This document shows positions 57,442-64,000 of a stretch of 64,000 nt of DNA, piece by piece; positions within the stretch are counted from its first letter, which is position 1; every line of letters begins with the position of its first letter. The notes under the pieces are model-generated. The model saw only the letters and a list, made by a program, of their open reading frames with translations. It searched no databases and had not been told where the DNA came from. Position numbers and translations under genes: made by a program. Source of the DNA: Escherichia coli (GTDB lineage: Bacteria; Pseudomonadota; Gammaproteobacteria; Enterobacterales; Enterobacteriaceae); assembly GCF_017348835.2 (NCBI RefSeq), contig NZ_CP071375.1, one strand, 5' to 3'.

Positions 57442-58497
57442 TTAAGCAATTTTGACAGTAACAAATTTGCGAATATCTGCCGGAACCGGCTGCGGTGCGC
57501 TGTGCGTCTGCACGTACTCAATCGCCGGATCTCCGTCCTCAATCCAGTTTTTCGGGTAGTACATGTTTTGCGTTGCCCCCGTTCTTACTGCGTCCTGATC
57601 CATAATCGCACCATAGGCCACCAGCCCTTTATTGTTGGTGTTGCCCAGGACAAGCAAATCAGGCTCAAGGAAATATTTTTCTGTGCCGTCGCTGTCAGTG
57701 TATTTGCCGGAATAGACGATAAGGGCCAGATCACCAAGATAGCCTTTAAAGCTCACCACTTCGCCCAGGTTTTTACATGCCAGCTCTGCGGCGGATTCTG
57801 AACCACGGGAGAGATCGTACAGTTCACGGAATTTTTTAAAGCTGCGTAACATGCGCCATACATCAACGCCCATAATCATGACGTTGGCGGGGCAACCTGC
57901 CTGATCTGCGTATAGTTCAATGTCATATATTGGGTCGTGTATGTCTTTATCCTGCTCAGACCATTTTTTACCGTCGGCCTGCTCTATGATGTTTTTTTCC
58001 GGTATCTTCCAGTCGATTTCATAGCGTTCTATGCCTTCGCCCTCAATGATGTTTTTTCCGGTCGTTACCGCATTCACCGCCAGCCATTCAACGTGTGCCT
58101 TAATGGCGTTTATCTGGCGGCGCATGTTGCCAGTAATCAGGCGCATACGGCGGTAGGTAGGATCGTTAAGCTGTGCCGGATCTTCTCCAGCCATGCGCAT
58201 TATTGTTTTTAATGGATCGATTTCGTGTTTTGGCTTCATGTAGCCAGGGCGGATAATGCTGGTTTCGTACCCTTTATCGCGCTGAACCTGGCTGCCAACC
58301 ATAGGCGAACAAAACGCCGACATAGTGACTTCTTCAATATCCAGGTTATCTAACATGATGTCCTGCGTGTTGAATGTCGCCACGTTCGGGAAAAACAGCG
58401 CGGTAAACAGCGGACTAAATTTAAATTCCGCAATATCCTCGCGATTCAGGTACGCGAAAAGCTGGTGTGTGTTAAGTGCTATTGCTTTGACTGCCAT
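57442..58497 (-). CDS. Major capsid protein, lambda gpE homologue
   Basis: 351 aa; shared blocks KFxPLF..LFF, PGYxKPKHE, DPxYRR, SxKGxxGDxAIVVYSG, YPKNW..GDPA, SAP with lambda gpE as recalled. Confidence 0.8.
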   Translation of the reverse strand: MAVKAIALNTHQLFAYLNREDIAEFKFSPLFTALFFPNVATFNTQDIMLDNLDIEEVTMSAFCSPMVGSQVQRDKGYETSIIRPGYMKPKHEIDPLKTIMRMAGEDPAQLNDPTYRRMRLITGNMRRQINAIKAHVEWLAVNAVTTGKNIIEGEGIERYEIDWKIPEKNIIEQADGKKWSEQDKDIHDPIYDIELYADQAGCPANVMIMGVDVWRMLRSFKKFRELYDLSRGSESAAELACKNLGEVVSFKGYLGDLALIVYSGKYTDSDGTEKYFLEPDLLVLGNTNNKGLVAYGAIMDQDAVRTGATQNMYYPKNWIEDGDPAIEYVQTHSAPQPVPADIRKFVTVKIA

Positions 58498-58736
58498 TAT
58501 TCGCCCCCATAATTTTTGTGCATCCCAAGCGCCGCAAGTAAATAAGATCGCACAAGTGAACCTATCGACGGCTCCGGCGTCATCAGCGGATCCAGTCCAG
58601 CCGCAACGCCAGCTTCATAGTTTTTTTTGTGGCGCTGCTTGAGCACCTCCACGATTTCGGGGCTTATGTACACCGAAACACCGCCTTTTTTCTCTTCAGC
58701 CATAGTAAGAAATTCCTCTTCGACTAAAAAAATCAT
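58497..58736 (-). CDS. Hypothetical protein
   Basis: ORF only; start may be an internal Met (MAEEKK). Confidence 0.3.
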   Translation of the reverse strand: MIFLVEEEFLTMAEEKKGGVSVYISPEIVEVLKQRHKKNYEAGVAAGLDPLMTPEPSIGSLVRSYLLAALGMHKNYGGE

Positions 58737-58954
58737 AACTGGATGTTTATCCAGTCCTGATTATAATCAGAATTGCATTTTATGCAATGATATTGAGTTA
58801 TGTTGCAAATTATGAAATGATTATCCCGATCACGAACGCCAGTGCATCCAAAAACCTCATATGCAAAAGCCCGATAAGAACCCTCTGACCTTATCGGGCT
58901 TTTTTTGGGCGCAAAAAAGCCGGATTGCTCCGGCTATGTGTGCTGTGTGCTGGC

Positions 58955-59179
58955 TCAGTCTCTGATCTCTTTCAGAAATTCTATCAATGCATCTATCTGT
59001 TCAGGATTTACCGCCAGCATTTCACCGGATAGAGCACATCTCACAAAACCATGCTGATCCTTTTCAATCAGTGCGCCCGTCTCCAGGAATGCGCGGTAAT
59101 CATTGATGCTCATCGTCTCCATGTTGTCAGCATGGTATTTATCACGCTGTTTTAATATCTCATCAAATTTCATCGGCAT
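58955..59179 (-). CDS. Hypothetical protein (74 aa)
   Basis: ORF only. Confidence 0.3.
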   Translation of the reverse strand: MPMKFDEILKQRDKYHADNMETMSINDYRAFLETGALIEKDQHGFVRCALSGEMLAVNPEQIDALIEFLKEIRD

Positions 59180-59305
59180 TGTTTTTTTCCTCTGTTGTGT
59201 CTGTTTGTTTCAGATAGTAACTATGCCTGACCGTGACGAAAACCCGGTAATGCGCCATACCGTTTCAACTGGTGCAAAAAAAGCCGTATTTCTCCGGCTG
59301 TTTGA

Positions 59306-59578
59306 TTAGCTGTCCTGGTAATTGCGCCATATTTCATCACCAGCACCATCTATACCCATTTCGGCATAAGTGCGATCGACTGCCTTTTTCAGGTCTCCGA
59401 AATTATCCGGCGGCTCCGGTGCCCTCTGTGCCTTCCTTGAACATTCCAGCCGTCGCATCGTGATGTGATGCCGTTCCTTGTCTGTCTCCACCAGCTGCAT
59501 GACTTCACCCCATCGCGCCGCCGCCCTCCGGTAAAAGCCTTTCGCCTCCAGTTCCTCCGCTATGCGGTCATGTACCAT
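59306..59578 (-). CDS. PerC-family transcriptional activator-like protein (Pch-like)
   Basis: MVHDRIAEELEAKGFYRRAAARWGEVM... resembles the PerC/Pch N-terminal signature from memory; start at the internal Met of the ORF. Confidence 0.6.
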   Translation of the reverse strand: MVHDRIAEELEAKGFYRRAAARWGEVMQLVETDKERHHITMRRLECSRKAQRAPEPPDNFGDLKKAVDRTYAEMGIDGAGDEIWRNYQDS

Positions 59579-59588
59579 CGTCACCCCC

Positions 59589-59999
59589 TCAGAACGAAAT
59601 ATCATCACCGTAAGGGTCATCGCCTCCCGCTGGTGGCTGATTACCCTGTGTGCCTGTGGTTTTGCGTCTGTTCCCGCCAGGAAGTGCCGCACGGGCACTG
59701 ATTACGCTGTCTGCAATAACCTGATAACCCTGCCGCGTTTCCCCATTCTGTCCGGTCCACTGGCTGACCTGCATCGTGCCGGATACGCTGGCAACGTCGC
59801 CTTTTTGATGTTTAGCCAGGAAGTCGGCCTGCTTACCAAATGCGATGACCGATAGCCATAACGTCGCCTGCCCATCCTGCGCCTGACTACATGGCAGCGA
59901 TACCGCCATACGCGCCAGCGTCATCGGTGTACCCTTGCTGGTCTGTTTTACCTGCTGGTCGTCCACCAGCCGCCCGTAAGCCGCTATCTGTGCTGTCAT
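59589..59999 (-). CDS. SSB-like single-stranded DNA-binding protein
   Basis: 136 aa with Gly/Pro-rich tail ending in the acidic DDISF (compare SSB DDIPF). Confidence 0.55.
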   Translation of the reverse strand: MTAQIAAYGRLVDDQQVKQTSKGTPMTLARMAVSLPCSQAQDGQATLWLSVIAFGKQADFLAKHQKGDVASVSGTMQVSQWTGQNGETRQGYQVIADSVISARAALPGGNRRKTTGTQGNQPPAGGDDPYGDDISF

Positions 60000-60304
60000 G
60001 CCGTCTGCTCTCCGGTTTTAACGTTGATGGTTGTTACCTGTTCCGCTTCGGCAATCTCCCGTTCTGTCAACGTGGCAAAGTTTGCCGCTGCTGTGGTCAT
60101 GAATGCGCTTATCAGTTCGGGATGCTCCTTCGCGTATCCTTCCCCCGCGTGGCGGTCTATCGTTCTGATTGCCACCTTTAAAGCCAGTTCAGCCATATCT
60201 AACGCCTTATATTTCGGCTCTGTTCTGTCTCTGCGTTTTTGGGTCATTTCTCGCAACCTCTCACTTTTTCGCCTCACTTTTTCAAGCGTCTCACTTCGTC
60301 GCAA
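59996..60304 (-). CDS. Hypothetical protein
   Basis: ORF overlaps the SSB-like start by 4 bp. Confidence 0.3.
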   Translation of the reverse strand: MRRSETLEKVRRKSERLREMTQKRRDRTEPKYKALDMAELALKVAIRTIDRHAGEGYAKEHPELISAFMTTAAANFATLTEREIAEAEQVTTINVKTGEQTA

Positions 60305-60447
60305 TTGGGATTTTTGGTTTTTCTATGTGTGTGTTTCATAAGTATTTTTTTACCCCTCACTTTTGAGGATGTATACAGGTAAAAAAGTGAGGGAGAGCAG
60401 GCTAATTTTGGCCCTCTTTCTATCCACCTCGCTTTTGCTCCTCACTT

Positions 60448-61854
60448 TTATAGCGGCGCTACATCATCCCCATCGATACGAATAACCCCATCTTTTTCCA
60501 GCTTGTACAGCCAGCGCCGGAAGTTTTTCATTTCATACCCCAGTTTTTTCATGTCATCACGTAACAGCGGGATCGTGCACTTGTCGCCGTTCTGTGTGCG
60601 TGAACGGATGCACCCCCATAGCGCGGTATGGTTTTCCGTCTTGTTCCCTGCCTCCTCGATGCGCTCCAGTTCTGCCGGTTCGCGTGGGATGTCAATCACC
60701 ACCATGGACACGATTTCTTCACCCTCAGGATCCGTAAATACCTCCACGCTCTTAAGGTCGTAGGCACTTTCTTTTGGCTCCTCCGCGTCCTTCATCTTCG
60801 TACATGCTGCAACCAGCGCCGTAGCCTCTGAATGTTCCCGACTGATTCGGAACTCAGCATCAAGCGCCGCACGGAATGCACTGGAACCCCGCGCCCCTTT
60901 CGTCTCATCCTTGCCGGAATGATGCACAACCAGAACCGTGGCCCCCGTGGCCTGCTTTATCGCGTCACACCCCTGGATAAACGCCCCCATGTCGCGGGAG
61001 TCATTTTCATCATGACCACCAAAGCAACGGGCCAGCGTGTCAATGACAATCATCCGCACCCTTTCGCCCGTTCTGTCCTGCACTAATCCGGCGGTCCTGA
61101 TAACCTGTTCCACATAGTCCGGCGATGCGGGGAATACTGGCGAATTGACGATACACAAATCAGTAACCGCCTTACCGTGGGTTATTTCCCATGCCTTAAC
61201 GCGGCGCTTTACGCCCATACTTCCTTCACCAGCAACATAGATAACCGCGCCTTTACACACCCTGCGGCCTCCCCATTTCATTCCAGTGGCAACATGACAC
61301 GCCCACGAAATGGCAAGGAACGACTTATAGGAACCGCTCGCCCCGTAGGTGCTGCATAATGCTTCCGCCGGAATAAGCCCCTTAATCACGTAGCTTTGCT
61401 GCGCGTCGAACCCTTCCGATCCCCATGAAATCGGTAGCGTGATTTTTTGTTTTCCTCCGTTCATGATCAGGCTTTCCCCTCTCTCCCATGTCTCCCGTAG
61501 CCGTGGAAGCTGGTCGGTCCATTTCTCCAGTAATTCGAAGTTTTCAGAAAGCAGCCGCGCTTCATGGACTCCGGCGATCGCCAGTTTTGTCGCTATGGTT
61601 AACAGCTGCGCTTCGTCAATATTTCCGGCGCGTATCACCGTTACCCTGTATCGCCCCTCATCAACAATCTGCAGGTTGTCCAGTTCGCTTAACTGATAAC
61701 GCCCCAGGTAAACGGGAGGCGTGGAGTCTCCCGCCTTTTTGGCCTGTGCAATGATGTAGTGCTCTGCAAATGAGTGCGCATCATTCCCCGCGAAAATAAT
61801 TGCTTCGGTGTGTTTGTCTTTCGGTAATAGTTTTACGTTCGGTGCCAGTTTCAT
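60448..61854 (-). CDS. RecA-fold AAA ATPase (RepA/DnaB-like replication protein)
   Basis: 468 aa; Walker A GASGSYKS; Walker-B-like MIVIDTL; C-terminal wHTH-like region. Confidence 0.7.
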   Translation of the reverse strand: MKLAPNVKLLPKDKHTEAIIFAGNDAHSFAEHYIIAQAKKAGDSTPPVYLGRYQLSELDNLQIVDEGRYRVTVIRAGNIDEAQLLTIATKLAIAGVHEARLLSENFELLEKWTDQLPRLRETWERGESLIMNGGKQKITLPISWGSEGFDAQQSYVIKGLIPAEALCSTYGASGSYKSFLAISWACHVATGMKWGGRRVCKGAVIYVAGEGSMGVKRRVKAWEITHGKAVTDLCIVNSPVFPASPDYVEQVIRTAGLVQDRTGERVRMIVIDTLARCFGGHDENDSRDMGAFIQGCDAIKQATGATVLVVHHSGKDETKGARGSSAFRAALDAEFRISREHSEATALVAACTKMKDAEEPKESAYDLKSVEVFTDPEGEEIVSMVVIDIPREPAELERIEEAGNKTENHTALWGCIRSRTQNGDKCTIPLLRDDMKKLGYEMKNFRRWLYKLEKDGVIRIDGDDVAPL

Positions 61855-62150
61855 TTTTTACCCCTGAATACGTTAAGCATCTTTTTTATTTCCTGAATAT
61901 TGGCGCGTGCTTTCTCCCTGCTGGTTGGAACGTTACGCGGTACAGCCTGCACCAGAGAAAAATCACGGTCGAACTGATAAACAGGCATCACGCAATCATA
62001 TTCGTAGCCTTCACGACGGTAGGTTACGCGCCGTTCCTCCACGCCCTTAATCATTACCGTGCCGCCGTACTGGTCGCGGTAAATATCACCGCGCATGAAT
62101 TTAGTGCGAGTTTTGCCACTGGCAGTTAAGCCAGAATATTTAAGTTTCAT
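61851..62150 (-). CDS. Hypothetical protein (99 aa), translationally coupled to the ATPase gene
   Basis: Stop overlaps the ATPase start (ATGA). Confidence 0.3.
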   Translation of the reverse strand: MKLKYSGLTASGKTRTKFMRGDIYRDQYGGTVMIKGVEERRVTYRREGYEYDCVMPVYQFDRDFSLVQAVPRNVPTSREKARANIQEIKKMLNVFRGKK

Positions 62151-62155
62151 TATTT

Positions 62156-62389
62156 TTATTCTCCGGTGTGCTGTTCTTTATATCTGTCGTGCAATAGATC
62201 TATTTCTTGCAGTTCCATTATTACATGCTCAAGAATCGTTATTAATGCCGTGGCAATTCTTGATTTTTGTTTGTCGCGTTCATTGTCGCCAAGTGTTTCA
62301 AGCCATATGCGCAATATTTCCAGCATGTTTTCACTGTGAGAAAGTGCAAGAAATGCGCGGTCTATTGTTTCGAGGTAAATATCACGCAT
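62156..62389 (-). CDS. Hypothetical small helical protein (77 aa)
   Basis: ORF; starts MRDI. Confidence 0.3.
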   Translation of the reverse strand: MRDIYLETIDRAFLALSHSENMLEILRIWLETLGDNERDKQKSRIATALITILEHVIMELQEIDLLHDRYKEQHTGE

Positions 62390-62390
62390 A

Positions 62391-62612
62391 TTAATCCCCG
62401 TCCGTTGTTTTTCTTAAAATAACTTCTGTCACGAAATCAGCATAGTTAGCGGCAATATCAAGAATATTTAGCCCTGTATCTCTGTGCTCATCAGTGCAAA
62501 GAAAGAAAAAAGCCACCCGCATAATTTCAGATATTGACGAAAGCGCATCAGCCGCATCATCAGGAACGCCGGAAAATTCTTGTTTCAGGGAATTAAAACG
62601 ATCATCACGCAT
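62391..62612 (-). CDS. Hypothetical small protein (73 aa from MRDD)
   Basis: ORF; possible paralogue of neighbours. Confidence 0.3.
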   Translation of the reverse strand: MRDDRFNSLKQEFSGVPDDAADALSSISEIMRVAFFFLCTDEHRDTGLNILDIAANYADFVTEVILRKTTDGD

Positions 62613-62877
62613 AACCCCCCCCATTTTCATAATCTGCAACAAGAATATTTTTAGCGTCATTCAGCGACCGCGTGGCGGTGTATCGGATACATTCCAGGGC
62701 GAACAATGTGTATTCCTCCCGTTCTTCCTTTTGTGCAAGCTCTGCCGTGCATTCAATATCAATAAGCGCGTGCATCAGCGTAGTGAGTGCGGCTGCGTCC
62801 GGACGGATGTTATTGCACATGGTGTACCCCTCCGCATTTTTTTTCGTTAGAAATAAGCGTTCTTCTTTCCTGTTCAT
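62605..62877 (-). CDS. Hypothetical small protein
   Basis: ORF; start uncertain. Confidence 0.25.
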   Translation of the reverse strand: MNRKEERLFLTKKNAEGYTMCNNIRPDAAALTTLMHALIDIECTAELAQKEEREEYTLFALECIRYTATRSLNDAKNILVADYENGGGYA

Positions 62878-63043
62878 CGCTCAGGAATACGCAGACCTCA
62901 CCGCTAAGGCGTTTAAGTAAGCCGATGATTGCCCCTGATTCGCTGTCGGTCATCATGCCAGGGTAATCCTCTGCCAGTGCGCAAATAACTTCGATTTGGT
63001 GGGCGCGTTCTGCTGCCTGTTGTAGTGTGATTTCCTGGCTCAT
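62810..63043 (-). CDS. Hypothetical small protein (77 aa from MSQEIT), first gene of the leftward operon
   Basis: ORF. Confidence 0.3.
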   Translation of the reverse strand: MSQEITLQQAAERAHQIEVICALAEDYPGMMTDSESGAIIGLLKRLSGEVCVFLSDEQERRTLISNEKKCGGVHHVQ

Positions 63044-63327
63044 AAGCCTACCCCCTGGCGAATACGGGCGGCGAATACAGCAACACAACCTGACGGGCAA
63101 CGGTTACGCGCTTCGCGTTCCGTCCAGGCGGTTACGTGGATTATTTGAGATTCTCCGGCACTCAGTGCCAGAAAACGCCACACAAAGGCCGTTTGTGTGT
63201 GTACAAGGTGTGGTATATGATTTACAGCAACCATAACGGCTCCTAGTTTACGTTGTTGGTTAGAAGCCCTGCGAGTGGTAACGACACTTGCGGGGCTTTG
63301 TCTTTTCATCGATTACCTTGATAAAGG

Positions 63328-63407
63328 TGTCAGCCACTATATTAGTAACGGGTGTCAGCCACGTCAATAGTGTTTTTCCGTTTTCTTGTGTGTATACTGT
63401 CAGCCAC
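63328..63407 (+). promoter_or_regulatory. Three direct repeats of TGTCAGCCAC with a TATACT -10-like hexamer: candidate operator/promoter
   Basis: Repeats at 63328-63337, 63353-63362 and 63398-63407; TATACT at 63392-63397. Confidence 0.55.
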
Positions 63408-63428
63408 CTAATAACGAGGAAATCAGAT

Positions 63429-63608
63429 ATGGCAACAAAAGCAGTTAATGCAAAATCCAAAAAGCTTGAGGCTCGAGTACCACACGCAATAGCTGATGCT
63501 GTAGAAAATTTAAAGGAAGATGGCGAAAGTACAGGGCAATTTATCGTTTCGGCACTTGAAGGCGAGATCAAACGCCGCCAGCGCCGCAAGGCCAAAGAAT
63601 CAGAATAA
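63429..63608 (+). CDS. Small basic DNA-binding-like protein (possible ribbon-helix-helix regulator)
   Basis: 59 aa from MATKAVNAKSKKLEARVPHAIADAVENLKEDGE... Confidence 0.45.
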   Translation: MATKAVNAKSKKLEARVPHAIADAVENLKEDGESTGQFIVSALEGEIKRRQRRKAKESE

Positions 63609-63650
63609 TCACTATCAGCGCCGTGGTGTGAGGTATTACGGCGCATTGCT

Positions 63651-63839
63651 ATGCAGGACAACACAATGACCGATAAAGAATTGACCAAAACATTATCACC
63701 GGCACGGAAAAGACGGCGCAGAAAGATAGAACATGAATCAGAAAGATTCGCGCCATGTGCTTTTGCCCTTGAGCAATTCCTTAAAGAGTACAGGGAAAAG
63801 CGCTCATTGCAGGTATGGCAACGAACTGAACCAGACTGA
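63651..63839 (+). CDS. Hypothetical small basic protein
   Basis: ORF with RRRRK stretch. Confidence 0.3.
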   Translation: MQDNTMTDKELTKTLSPARKRRRRKIEHESERFAPCAFALEQFLKEYREKRSLQVWQRTEPD

Positions 63840-63935
63840 TTGCATTGCCCACCAGCCTGATAGCGGCTATCATCCCCGTGCTTATGTTTGGGATCACACA
63901 CACAAACGGCGCAGCGGGTTATCTGTTCAGAAAGG

Positions 63936-63962
63936 CGGCTCCATTTCGGGGCCGCTTTTTTT
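63936..63962 (+). terminator. Rho-independent terminator
   Basis: cggctcc atttc ggggccg stem followed by T7. Confidence 0.55.
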
Positions 63963-64000
63963 ATGCCTGAAAAACCCCAATTTTGTGGTTTTCCAGTCTC

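Larger units (their letters stand above)
54592..64000. mobile_element. Phage-satellite/PICI-like (or highly reduced lambdoid) element inserted in tqsA; extends beyond the window
   Basis: Junction at about 54592; minus-strand operon with replication ATPase, SSB-like, PerC-like, gpE/gpD homologues and Nu1-like terS; two lambda-type cosN sequences; divergent regulatory region at 63100-63430. Confidence 0.6.

Overview
Enterobacterial (E. coli/Shigella-like) chromosomal window, colinear with the K-12 ydeE-mgtS-dgcZ-ydeIJ-dcp-ydfGHZIJ / rspBA-ynfAB-speG-ynfCD-ynfEFGH-dmsD-clcB-bioD2-mlc-ynfLM-asr-ydgD-mdtIJ-tqsA region (gene identities recalled from memory of the protein sequences; no database search was possible). 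Two mobile regions interrupt the core. (1) A ~20.7 kb Qin-like cryptic lambdoid prophage (about 12580-33306) sits inside ydfJ, bounded by a ~15 bp direct repeat. It carries ydfK, pinQ, tfaQ, a terminase-tail-fibre chimeric ORF, nohA with a lambda-type cos, cold-shock morons (cspI, cspB, a cspF remnant, gnsB), a lysis cassette, quuQ, an intact IS629-like IS3-family element, flxA, a split DDE transposase, an exonuclease, xis and an intact integrase. (2) From about 54592 to the window end, a second element interrupts tqsA after codon 46. It encodes, all on the minus strand, a RecA-fold replication ATPase, SSB-like and PerC-like proteins, lambda gpE and gpD homologues (gpD disrupted by a 32 bp tandem repeat) and a diverged Nu1-like small terminase flanked by two inverted lambda-type cosN sequences. 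No portal, large terminase or tail genes are present in the visible part. This is the best candidate for an undescribed system: a cos-type, satellite/PICI-like element. Apparent frameshifts split ynfF, ynfM, the lysozyme gene, cspF and a transposase, several at short runs, so real pseudogenes and assembly errors cannot be told apart from sequence alone. The IS629 and PerC-like genes suggest a non-K-12, possibly EHEC/EPEC/Shigella-like, background. No CRISPR array, rRNA or tRNA was seen.
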